Assembly: GCA_038087875.1 (NCBI GenBank)
Contig: CM075992.1
Span: forward strand, 250,001 to 314,000
Length of the DNA: 64,000 nucleotides
Reading direction: 5' to 3'
Source: Malacoraja senta
Taxonomy: Eukaryota
The stretch's first letter is position 1. Each line of letters starts with the position of its first letter. Shown here piece by piece: positions 49,201 through 61,730 of the stretch. A program made the translations under genes and the position numbers. A model generated the notes under the pieces. That model saw only the letters and a program-made list of their open reading frames with translations. It was not told where the DNA came from and searched no databases.

Positions 49201-51327
49201 CCAAACGCAGTAAATGTGACTGGTTTAGATGTGCATCTTGGTCAGCATGGATGTGTTGGGCTGAAGGGCATGTTTCCGTGCTGTGTGATTATCCATGGGG
49301 CTTCCTGCACAGATTTCAGGGCGTTAACTGTGGCCTCAGTGGGGCAATTCTGCCAGTGGGAGTGTGAGGAAACACAGTCAGAAATGCCACAATATTCACT
49401 CCTGTGCTATTAATTCCCATCACCCAGACAAGGAGCTTCTGCACAATCCATGTTATCTTTATGTCCTTGACACAACATGTATGAATGAGTCAGTAAACAT
49501 AAATCACCCCCGTGCAAAGTTCTGGACTAAAGACTGACCCAGCTGTCAACCACATACGCCATCAGAAGCCAACCGTCCATTCTGCTGAGGTTGCCTTGTC
49601 AAAGACAATGACACCAGCTGTAAATTATAGCTTCCTGAATCATCACTGGCCATTCATAGAAATTCACATAATTCATCTGGTCAACGAGGCCAATCAGCCC
49701 CAATTAAATGGTAATCTTGGTCCAACTTTCAGAAGCATTTGAGCGATGTTTTACTGAAAGAGAGACATGCCTGGTATGGAGGCAATGCGGAGAACATTCC
49801 CTGAGTTGGGATGATGAGGTTGCCATGGGAGGAAAGGTTGAACAACCTGGGACTATCTTCTCAAAGAGAGGAGGGAAGAATGGGGGGAGAGGGTGGAGGA
49901 ATGGGGAGAGAGGGTGGGGGAATGGGGAGAAGGAGGAGAAGCCATCTTGTGGATACAGGTGACTGTGAAGAGGGTTGGCAAGATGGAAGATGAAAGGATT
50001 TCCCATCAGGGTGATCTTAGAGCCAGGAAGCACAGATTGATACGAGGGGTCTCATGTTTAAGCCAGAGATGAAGAGGAATATCTTCTCTCAAAGATTTGT
50101 GTATTTTTGGAATTCTTTATCCGAGATCACAGGGCGAGTGAATATATTAGCGAGACAGTCCAAGAGTGAAGAGTACAAGAGTGCTTAATTGTTTAGTTAG
50201 TTAGTTAGCTTAGTTTATTGTCACATGTACCAAGGTACAGTGAAAAGCTTTGTCACATGCTCCAGCACGGAACAAAGACATTCTAACGTGCAGCTTTATA
50301 AACTTGTTAAACAGAACAACACAATAAATAAATAAATATACAATATAGATCAGTTCAACTCAGTGGACCAGTACACAGTGCAACCTCATCCAAAGTCTGT
50401 AGCCATTTATTGCTGAGATTGGGTTGTGCAAGGGGAACCAGGAGCTGATAGTTGCTGGGAAGAAGCTGTCCTTGAACCTGGAGGTCACGGTTCTCAGGCT
50501 CCGGAACCTTCTTCACTCTCTAGCACGGTGGAGATGACGTTGAGATCAGATCAGCCGTGATTGGGTAGCCCAGTGACACGCTGACTGGAGCCACTGCCTC
50601 ACAGCTCCTTAACCTGGGTTCAATCCTGACCTCTGGTGCTGTCTGTGTGGAGTCTGCATGTTCTTCTTATGAGTGCATGAGTTTCCCTGGTTTTCCAATT
50701 TCCTCCCACATCCCAAAACTGTGAGGTATGGTAATGAATTTGGCACTGTATATTGCTCATCGAGTTAAATGGTAGAACGTGGTAGAATCCACCTCACCCC
50801 CCCCACCCCGCCTCCCCTCACCCTCCTCCCTCCCCCTCACCCCCCTCCCTCACCCTCACCCCCTGCCTCCCTCACACATGCAGGTTTGACCAAGCTTTTG
50901 GTCATCTGTTAGAGCTGGGTCTGTCCATTCTCCAGCTCCATGGGGCATTTTCATACGGCAGATGTTCAAAATTCCATTTGACACCTCATTATCGGATGAC
51001 ACATTTAAATAATGCCGCTCTCATTCAATGTGAACTAGGCACCAATAATCACTTTGGATTATGTTAAAATTGATTTAGCATTTCTGATTTTACAACCAGT
51101 AAATTTTGGGAATAATAATTGCAATTTACAAGTCAATTATTAGTGCTGTATTAATTAAGATAATTTACTTATTAAAACTGATGGGGCTGCTTCACGACGA
51201 CATTACTCGAGGTGGAGCGGGGTTGTCAAAGGCGGCCTTTAAGCTGGGGATAGGAGGCTGTGCAATGGTAGGACAGGGCAGACAAGGGGTCAGTGTTCTG
51301 CCCAAGAGAGAGGGTCCTCAACAGGGT

Positions 51328-53763
51328 CACTTAGAGGATGTGGAATCGGTATGGGTAGAGCTGCGAAACACTAAGGGGCAGAAAACGCTGGTGTGTGTTG
51401 TGTACAGGCCACCTAACAGTAGTAGTGAATTTGGGGATGGCATCAAACAGGAAATTAGAAATGCGTGCAGCAAAGGCAAAACAGTTATAATGGGTGACTT
51501 CAATCTACATATAGATTGGGTGAATCAAATTGGCAGGGGTGCTGAGGAAGAGAATTTCTTGGAATGTATGCGGGATAGTTATCTAAACCAACATGTAGAG
51601 GAACCAACGAGAGAGCAGGCTATTCTAGACTGGGTATTGAGTAATGAGGAAGGGTTAGTTAGCAGTCTTGTTGTGCGTGCCCCCTTGGGCAAGAGTGACC
51701 ATAATATGGTTGAGTTCTTCATTAGGATGGAGAGTGACATTGTTAATTCAGAAACAATGGTTCTGAACTTAAAGAAAGGTAACTTTGAGGGTATGAGACG
51801 TGAATTGGCCAAGATTGACTGACAATTAGTTCTAAAAGGGTTGATGGTGGATATGCAATGGAAGGCATTGAAAGACTGCATGGATGAACTACAAAAATTG
51901 TTCATCCCAGTTTGGTAAAAGAATAAATCAGGGAAGGTAGTGCATCTGTGGATAACAAGGGAAATCAGGGATAGTATCAAAGCAAAAGATGATGCGTACA
52001 AATTAGCCAGAAAAAGCAGCATATCAGAGGACTGGGAGAAATTCAGAGACCAGCAGAGGAGGACAAAGGGCTGAATTAGGAAAGGGAAAATAGATTATGA
52101 AAGAAAACTGGCAGGGAACATAAAAACTGACTGCAAACGTTTTTATAGATATGTGAAGAGAAAGAGATTAGTTAAAACAAATGTAGGTCCCTTGCAGTCA
52201 GAAACAGGTGCATTGATCATGGGGAACAAGGATATGGCGGACCAATTGAATAACTACTTTGGTTCCGTTTTCACTAAGGAAGACATAAATAATCTGCCGG
52301 AAATAGCAGGGGACCGCGGGTCAAAGGAGATGGAGGAACTGAGTGAAATCCAGGTTAGTCGGGAAGTGGTGTTGGGTAAATTGAATGGATTAAAGGCTGA
52401 TAAATCACCAGGGCCAGATAGGCTGCATCCCAGAGTACTTAAGGAAGTAGCTCCAGAAATAGTGGATGCATTAGTGATAATTTTTCAAAACTCTTTAGAT
52501 TCTGGAGTAGTTCCTGAGGATTGGAGGGTAGCAAACGTAACCCCACTTTTTAAGAAGGGAGGGAGAGAGAAAACGGGGAATTACAGACCAGTTAGTCTAA
52601 CATCGGTATTGGGGAAACTGCTAGAGTCAGTTATTAAAGATGGGATAGCAGCACATTTGGAAAGTGGTGAAATCATTGGACAAAGTCAGCATGGATTTAC
52701 GAAAGGTAAATCATGTCTGACGAATCTTATAGAATTTTTCGAGGATGTAACTAGTAGAGTGGATAGGGGAGAACCAGTGGATGTGTTGTATCTGGACTTT
52801 CAGAAGGCTTTCGACAAGGTCCCACATAAGAGATTAATATACAAACTTAAAGCACACGGTATTGGGGGTTCAGTATTGGAGGATGCTAGGAGACTGCAAG
52901 GTGACTTGGATAGGCTGGGTGAGTGGGCAAATGTTTGGCAGATGCAGTATAATGTGGATAAATGTGAGGTTATCCACTTTGGTGGCAAAAACAGGAAAGC
53001 AGACTATTATCTAAATGGTGGCCGATTAGGAAAAGGGGAGATGCAGCGAGACCTGGGTGTCATGGTACACCAGTCATTGAAAGTAGACATGCAGGTGCAG
53101 CAGGCAGTGAACAAAGCGAATGGTATGTTAGCTTTCATAGCAAAAGGATTTGAGTATAGGAGCAGGGAGGTTCTACTGCAGTTGTACAGGGTCTTGGTGA
53201 GACCACACCTGGAGTATTGCGTACAGTTTTGGTCTCCAAATCTGAGGAAGGACATTATAGCCATAGAGGGAGTGCAGAGAAGGTTCACCAGACTGATTCC
53301 TGGGATGTCAGGACTTTCATATGAAGAAAGACTGGATAGACTCGGCTTATACTCGCTAGAATTTAGGAGATTGAGAGGGGATCTTATAGAAACTTACAAA
53401 ATTCTTAAGGGGTTGGACAGGCTAGATGCAGGAAGATTGTTCCCGATGTTGGGGAAGTCCAGGACAAGGGGTCACAGCTTAAGGATAAGGGGGAAATCCT
53501 TTAAGACCGAGATGAGAAAAAACGTTTTCACACAAAGAGTGGTGAATCTCTGGAACTCTCTGCCACAGGCCTTGAGGCCAGTTTGTTGGCTATATTTAAG
53601 AGGGAGTTAGATGTGGCCCTTGTTGCTAAAGGGATCAGGGGGTATGGAGAGAAGGCAGATACGGGATACTGAGTTGGATGATCAGCCATGATCATATTGA
53701 ATGGCGGTGCAGGTTCGAAGGGCCGAATGGCCTACTCCTGCACCTATTTTCTATGTTTCTATA
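51328..53763 (+). mobile_element. 5'-truncated CR1 LINE (partial APE plus RT with internal deletion)
   Basis: VESVWVELRN..YRPPN..MGDFN..SDHN (APE); RT ORF 52153..53610; 3' UTR and ttctatgt tail. Stops at about 51820, 51916 and 52072. Confidence 0.93.
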
Positions 53764-55944
53764 TGTTACCCCCACCCTATACACTTAGGGGGAATAAAGG
53801 GAAGGGGTGGGGTGGGAGGGGGAATGACACAGAGCCAAAATTGTAACGGAACATCCCAATTCTTATGAGCAGGAAGGAACTGCAGATGCTGGTTTCAACC
53901 GAAGATAGACACAAAGTGCTGGAGTAACTCAGCGGGACAGGCAGCATCTCTGGAGAGAAAGAATGGGTGACGTTTCGGGTCGAGAAATTCCATGCCCCGA
54001 CCAATGAAGACTAGTATGCCATTTCCTTCACCGTCTGTGTCAATCTGTGTGGCCACTTTCAGAGAACTCTGGACTTGGGTCCCCCAGGTATCTCTCTTCA
54101 CCAGTCACTCACGAAGGAGGTAGGCTGGAGTTTTTTGAAGAAGGTCCCGACCCTAAACGTCACCTATCCACGTTCTCCAGAGATGCTGCCTGACCCGCTG
54201 AGTTACTCCAGCAATTTGTATGCTTTTGTCCAACTCTGTGAGCCTCTCAGTTGAGTTGAGTTTAGTTTATTGTCACGTGTACCGAGGTACAGTGAAAAGC
54301 TTTTGATGCGTGCTAACCCACTCCATTCCTGTGATTGGTCACACCATGTAACCAACCAGCTGAGCTATATTTCCATAGCTAGTGTGGATTGTTTAATTAA
54401 TCAACAGACATGTAGCATTTAATCAAACAAACATTCTCACAAGTTCTCCACCTCCCACCCCACCCATCTCCAGCCATTTGATACTTTAATAAACAAATGC
54501 CACATCAACTTTCTCTATGGTTGCTGGAAACAGCATCTTGGAGGATAACCCTTAGATAGTGGGGATGACAACCAGAACAAATAACAGGAGTAAAAGGAAT
54601 GCTCCGGTTTCCTCCCACATCCCAAAGGCGTGCATGTTTGCAGGTAAATTGGCCTCTGTAATTTGTCCCCTAGTGTGCAGGAAGTGGAAATGGAAGTGGA
54701 ATCAGTGCAAATGGGTGATGGATGGTGGATGTGGACCCAGTCAGCCAAAGAGATTGGTACAATGCTACATCTCTACACTAAACTTAATGATCTTATCTGC
54801 ATCATTTTCTTCCAACACTCCCCTACTGCATGGCTCTGAGGAGATAGTGTCTTGAACACAGAGAGAATAACAATAGGATCAGAGTGGCATCAGTGGAAGT
54901 GGTGCAGTCTTGGTGGGCTGAAGGGCCAGTTATTGTGCTGTAGGACACTATGATTCTATGAGGAGCCTTGGGGGAGGTTGCTACCTAAATGGAAGCTGGA
55001 ATCTGAATCGAAGAGTTTGCTGTTGCTGCTGCTGAATGGGCAGACTGTGCTCGGAGCGAGGCGAGAGGCTGAGCAACAACTGTGGTCTTTATGGATGACA
55101 GATACAGCAAGCTCTGAGAGGAGGGCTGAGAAATGAACTAAATATGTCATAGCAAAGGGAACAGTGTGATGTAGCACTCATTAACCCAACACAACATCAA
55201 TTATCCATGCCGCTTATCCACTAATCTAAGACCAGTGGAGATTGCATGATGGAGGAATTTCTTTAGTCAAGGGTGGTGAATCGGTGGAATTCATTGCCAC
55301 AGAAGGCTTTGGAGACCAAGTCAATGGATATTTTAAGGTGGAGATTGGCAGATCCTTGATTAGTATGGGTGTCAGGGGTTATGGGGAGAAGGCAGGAGAA
55401 GGGGGTTGAGAGGGAGAGATAGATCACCCCTGATTGAATGGCGGAGTAGACTTGATGGTCTGAATGGCCTTATTCTGTTCATAGTTACAAAGGAGCTTGA
55501 GTAAATTTTGCCAATGGCCAATGTGGTCTCATGGACAATTGGCCACCAGGGATGTGGCCTGACATCTTCTCCAAGAGAAGCCACTTTCACCAGCAGAGTC
55601 CGTAGCCAAGGGGCAACTTAAGGGGCTTTAAATTTAAGGTAATTGGTGAAAGAGAGAAAAGAGAACTAGGCCCCACCACCAAGCAGTGAAGCCTGGAGAC
55701 ATCCTGCCTGAATGGGAGGGGCCCCGACTCCACAGTAATGTTCCAATAGACAGAATAATGACAATTTGGCAGGGATATGGAGAAAGAGAGGGATTAGTTT
55801 GGTGGGTCTCTCAAATACCAGGTATCTCAACCAGCAACATGTTTTACAAATCTACGTGTCCACTTGGAGGCTTCAGGCAAAAGATATACTTTCCTTAGAA
55901 ATCAAGGCCTGCTGTCTCCAATACGTTTCCATCAGTACCAGACT

Positions 55945-56285
55945 CACACATTCCCATCACATACGTGCCCGACACACATGTTCCCATCACACACGTGCCC
56001 GTCACACACGTGCCCGTCACACACGTGCCCGTCACACACGTGCCCGTCACACACGTGCCCGTCACGCACGTGCCTGACACACACATTCCCATCACACACG
56101 TGCCCATCACACACGTGCCCGACACACATGTGCCCGACACACATATTGTCATCACACATACGTCTGTCACATACGTGCCCGACACACACATGCCCGAGAC
56201 ACACGTGCCCGTCACACACGTGCCCAACACACACATTCCCATCACACACATTGTCATCACACATACGTCCGTCACACATGTGCCA
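55945..56285. repeat. 15-bp minisatellite
   Basis: Unit cacacgtgcccgtca with variants. Confidence 0.93.
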
Positions 56286-57069
56286 AGGCCAGATGAGGAA
56301 TCCCCCACCATCTCCTCCCTCCCACCTCCACGGATCAGAGCACAGTGCTGGCGGAACAGTGGGCCAGGCAGCATCTGTGGACAGGCAATGGTTTGCTTGC
56401 TGTATGATTCTAAATCACAGCCGCAGAGATTGGAGAGAGAAACAAATATGCCTGGTTCCAGGAGGCAGTGGAAATGAGAGGATGAGATGGATCAGCGGCT
56501 GCAGATAATTTGAAGGGCGCTGTCTAAATTACAGGAAGACATTTTGAAACAGGATTAAATGTTAGCAAATGGCAAGATGACTCAACATTACTGAATTAAT
56601 TTTCGAACTGAAAAGCAGCACATTTAATATACGTTGGCATATTTGCAGCCAGCTGGTAATTTTTATCTTGTTATTTATTTTTTGTAATTGTAAGTGCATC
56701 ATGGAAAATTCTTTGAGTGTTACCGTTGGGAGTTAGTGCTGACACGATCGGTAAGAGGCGGTGCGGTCGTCACAGTTTGGAACAGAAATTTCATCTCCAT
56801 TGGGAATATGGGCAACTCAAAACAGCTAAATAAAATCTACTGTTGAAGATGCAGGATTTTTAGAGTTGTAAATGTCAAATCTAAAACCTTTACAGTTTCC
56901 GGCCGAACATCAAACTTTACAATTTTAGATATTTTAAATATATATTTTGGTCCATTATAAAAACATCCCTATGTTAATGACACAACCCTAGTTCTTTATA
57001 ATTGCAACATTTCCAGCATTTACTGGTTCCACACTGCGGAAATTTTTCTACAGCAGTGGCTTTAAAATG

Positions 57070-57335
57070 TATTCATTCATTGCAATGCCAGCATTTATCA
57101 CCTCTCCCTAATTATCCCTAAACTGATAAATGTTATCCACATTAGTGGCTCTGGTATCGCACACAGGCCAGAAGGATGAGGATATCGGATTTCCTTTCCT
57201 GGTGAACCAGATGGTTTTTAGGACAATCCATTTGTTTTGTGTTTACTGTTGCAGAGATTAGCTTTTTATTCCAGATTTAGAATTTGAATGAAATTTCTCT
57301 GCCTCCTGTAATTGGATTTGAACTCACTCCTCCAG
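57070..57335 (-). mobile_element. Old tRNA-derived SINE-like repeat (second family)
   Basis: Reverse box B (ggatttgaac) and a core gaaccagatggtttttaggacaatcc...ttccagattt shared with 60195-60350. Confidence 0.45.
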
Positions 57336-58764
57336 ATGCAGCGAAAGCAGATTCAGATTCAGATTAGTTTATTCTCATATTCACCAGGGTGCAATGAAAT
57401 TCCTTGCTCGAATTCAGCTCCAGAATAAACAACGTACGTGGTAATGACAGCACGACAATAAATACAACATCAAATGCAAAACAGCGCAAGGGTGTAAAGA
57501 TTGGAATCTGAAGCTGTGCAAAAAGGGGTGTTATTAATGTGTAGGAAGGAACTGCAGATGTTGGTTTAAAACAAAGATAGACACAAAAAGCTGGAGTAGC
57601 TCAGCGGGTCAGGCAGCATGAGAAATGGAATAGGTGACATTTCAGGTCGAGACCCTTCCTCAAATTGAGAGTCAAGGGAAAGGGAAACAAGAGATATAGA
57701 CGGTGATGTAGAGAGATATAGAACAAATGAATGAAAGATATGCAATAAAGTAACGAAGATAAAGGAAAGGCTGTTGTTAGCTGTTTGCTGGGAATGTTCT
57801 TCCTAACAGACCAAGATCTAAGTGCAGGACTTGTGCAGGTTTTCAAGAGAGAGTTAGATTTAGCTCTTAGGGCTAACGGAATCAAGGGATATGGGGAGAA
57901 AGCAGGAATGGGGTTCTGATTTTGGATGATCAGCCATGATCATATTGAATAGTGGTGCTGGCTCAAAGGGTCGAATGGCCTACTCCTGCACCCGTTTTCT
58001 ATGTTTCTATGTTTCTAAGACCCAAAGACGTGGCCAGATCAGGTTGTATTGGACAGCGGACCTGTCCTTGAAGGGAACTCGTTGGCAGGGTGATATGTTC
58101 GACTCATTTTCAGGATCAGACCATCGTGAGGCAAAGCCAGATTTATTACCCCTAGTAGGGGTGATGAGACACCACTGTCTGTACTGGGACGAAGGTGAGC
58201 ATGCTGCCTTGGATTAGTCCAGGAGTTCATGGGACAATCCTGGGATTTGGAACTAAATTCAATCGTCTTTTCAAAGAGTCAGCTGAAGCATGATGGGCCA
58301 AATGGCCTCCCTGTGGAGTGGGTTTTTTATGACATTCACCAATTAAAGATGGGATTGTAAGGCAGAGGAACAACTATTGCACAAGCAGGTTTTCATGCTA
58401 AATTTAACAACCAGTTCAAAACAAATTAAGGTCAAAATACATCTTGCCTGTCGTGAATGTGTGAAGCAATAACATATCCATGTTGGAACCGCATCTGATG
58501 TTTAACAAATGCTCAACTGCAGAGGTGGTTCAGTGTAGACAACAGGAAGCCAGTCTCAGTGATGCTACGTGTTGTGTTAACATCTAAAACCCAAATATAA
58601 TAAAAAGGTAAACACCGCCAATACCATCTAAATTTTCCTACATTTTCTTGAAACCAAGACTTTGAAAATTTTGCTTCAATGTGATGCATAAATGGTTTAG
58701 TGCAACATGACAAAGACTGGACATTTCTATTTTACTGACCCTGACTTGCTTTCTGCGTTAAACA

Positions 58765-59090
58765 AAAGACATAGAGAGCTGGAGTAACTCAGCGGGTCAG
58801 GCAGCATCTCTGGAGAACATGGATAGGTGACGTTTCACAAAGTGCTGGAGTAACTCAGCGGGTCAGGCAGCATCTGTGGAGAACATGGATAGGTGACGTT
58901 TCACAAAGTGCTGGAGTAACTCAGCGGGTCAGGCAGCATCTGTGGAGAACATGGATAGGTGACGTTTCAAGTTGGGACCCTTCAGACTGGGGTGTAAGAT
59001 GTACTGAGTAACCAGTCCAGAGATGCTGCCTGACCCGCTGAGTTGCTCCAGCACTTTGTGTCTTTTTTTGTAAGCCAGCACTGCAGTTCC
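58765..59090. mobile_element. Tandem (3 x 66 bp) plus inverted PLE terminal-repeat cluster
   Basis: Unit acaaagtgctggagtaactcagcgggtcaggcagcatctgtggagaacatggataggtgacgtttc (starts at 58837 and 58903); inverted copy at 59017-59090. Confidence 0.85.
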
Positions 59091-61557
59091 TGCTCCTCTC
59101 TTTCTTTCTGCATTTGTCACTTTCGGTAAAGACAGTGAAAAGTAATATGCAAGCGAGTCTCACTCATGGCCCTTGCTGTGATTGTGAGTAAAATGAGTCT
59201 GGACTGTTGCCTCCTCCCCACCACTGCTCACTCACCTGTGTAAAGGTGAAGGGTTTCCCATCATTACACCAAGCCACACATCCAACCAGGTTACATACCT
59301 TCCCATGGAGAGGCACCTGCTCTAAATACAGGAGCTGCAATGATATCTTCATGTTACACCGTGATGTTATTTAATGCCTGACTCTCACTGAATCTAATTA
59401 GCGGTATTTATGGAGCTGTGACCATTATATATATTCCTTCCACACTGACGTGGACAGAAAAAAATAAACTCAAGAAACCCAGACAGAAATCTCAATGTGT
59501 TTAAAAAAAATTAAATGCAAATTGGTTTCTATTTGAGGAAGAAGTGGTCATGACTCAGTTGTAAAGTTGCACTTCATGGCTGGGAACATGAAAGAGAGAA
59601 GCAGCGCTGACGGTGACGGTGACGGTGACAGACTGCTCGCTCCTCGTCACATCATAGCCCGGGAACCAGCATTGCCATTAATTGGGTAATCTCGATATAA
59701 GGACCCCAAGGATACAGAACAAGGAAGACTGTAGGTCAGAACGCAGAGCGGAGGAGTTGCATCTGAAGTGGTGTCAAGCTCATTACTGAAACTCTCCATG
59801 GGCACCCAAACGTTCGCTTGCCCCCACATCGCGGTGCTTTTGATATCAGCGTTAGATGCAAAATAGAAATGTGACCCCTTCCCCAGCGCACTCAGCACCG
59901 CGGTGAGAGAACGCTTTCATTTCCATCTTAACAAATGTTAATTTATACAGACTGTCCAAGTTAGAGAGGCTGTCAAATGAAACCTTCCAGATCTCACACA
60001 ACAAATGAGTAAAACAGGAATGGATGTAATGCAGACCCCAGCTTCCCAAACTAATGGCCCGTTTCCTGGGAGGAAGGCAGATTAGTGTTTATTAATTTAT
60101 GTGATGTGGGCGTTGGTTCCACCCCCCAATGTTGAGAAGATTGTGCCTTCCACCCACATCAACGCCAGACCAAGTTATAACAGCAATCCCTCACACCACC
60201 AGATGCGTTTACAACAATCCACTACTTTCATCCTCGCCAATTCTCATGCTTGGCTTTTTTTAAAGAAAAGAATTCCAGATTATTTAATTAAAGCCAATTC
60301 AGTATTCTAACTGTCCATTGTGGGATTTGAACTCTCTCCAGATCACTGGCTCATAAGGTCATAAGGAATAGTGGAATTAAGCCATTCGGCCCATGAAGTA
60401 ACGCCCCCATTCACTCATGGCTGATCTATCTCTCCCTCCTAACCCTATTCTCCTGCCTTCTCCCCATAACCCGACACCTGTACTAATCAAGAATCTATTA
60501 TCTCTGCCTTAAAAATATCCATGCTCAGGTCTCTTATTATGAGTCCCTTCTCCCATTCGCATGCTATCCCTCAGGGTTGTGGTCGACTTGCTTCCTCACG
60601 AGATCTCTGGACTTTCTGGGGTAGCAGAAGAGTAACCAGGAGCCCGGACAGGCAGAGATGTAGAAGGGGCTTGTCACGGTGGTTGAGACTCAGACAGAAG
60701 GCTTGACATTTGACAATTGACAATAGGTGCAGAAGTAGGCCATTCGGCCCTTCGAGCCAGAACCGCCATTCAATATGATCATGGCTGATCATCCCCAATC
60801 AGTACCCCTGTTCGTGTTCATATACATGCAAGATATAAATCCAGTCAAAATCAATAAGATACCGGTGACTGGGGTGGTGGTAAGGGTTCTGTAACTCGAG
60901 TGTGTCTGGGCTTAGGAGAATTGAGAGGAATTCTGCTAAATCTTACACTTGCTGTGCATGTGCAGAAAGATATGTGTGTGTGCATTGCATAGGAGCAGAA
61001 CTGGTCCATTCTGCCCATCTATCCTGCCCCGCCATTCGATTATGACTGATCTATCTCTCCCTCTTAACCCCATCCTCCTGCCTTCTCCCCATAACCCCTG
61101 ACACCCGTATTAATCAAGAACCTGTCAATCTCCGCTTTATGTAGAATTCTAGTTATTCACAAGAACACCAGTGCATACGGACATGTGTACATCCGCCATT
61201 CCCGACAATACATGATGTTACGATTTCTTTAAACACTCGCTTGGCTCAATGCATTTTGTTGGAAGGTGATATGGACACATGTGCAATCTTGTTACGTCTT
61301 TGTGCATGAACGTTGTTGGGCTTGCTCATATCCAGCTTGGATATGTGCTTACACTCAGCTAAACATATTAGATATTTATATCTGACATTAGATAATAACC
61401 TCAGAACCTATCTATTTGATGTTCCCCTTCACCAGTTCTGTGCAGCTGATACACACTATCTCATTAACCTCCTGTAAACAAAATGTGTGCATTTTTTGCC
61501 TGCTGCGCTTGCGATAAATATATTAACAACTGGAGACAATTAGGTCACGTCTCTCTC

Positions 61558-61730
61558 CCGAAGACAGACACAAAAAGCTGGAGTAACTCAGCGGGACAGG
61601 CAGCATCTCTGGAGAGAAGGAATGGGTGACGTTTCAGGTCGAGACCATTCTTCAGAGATGCTGCCTGTCCCGCTGAGTTACTCCAGCTTTTTGTGTCTGT
61701 CTTCGGTTTAAACCGGCATCTGCAGTTCCA
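61558..61730. mobile_element. PLE terminal-repeat palindrome with a perfect 54-bp stem
   Basis: 61558-61611 is the exact reverse complement of 61653-61706. Confidence 0.9.

Noticed and set aside
51106..51822. 238-aa ORF as a novel host-TE fusion gene
   Set aside because: It has a non-ATG start and is chance read-through from non-coding DNA into a CR1 endonuclease fragment that ends at a premature stop.
55864..56508. 214-aa HTCPS-repeat protein (also the DHCPS and ARCAR ORFs)
   Set aside because: The 15-bp minisatellite period keeps frames open on both strands.
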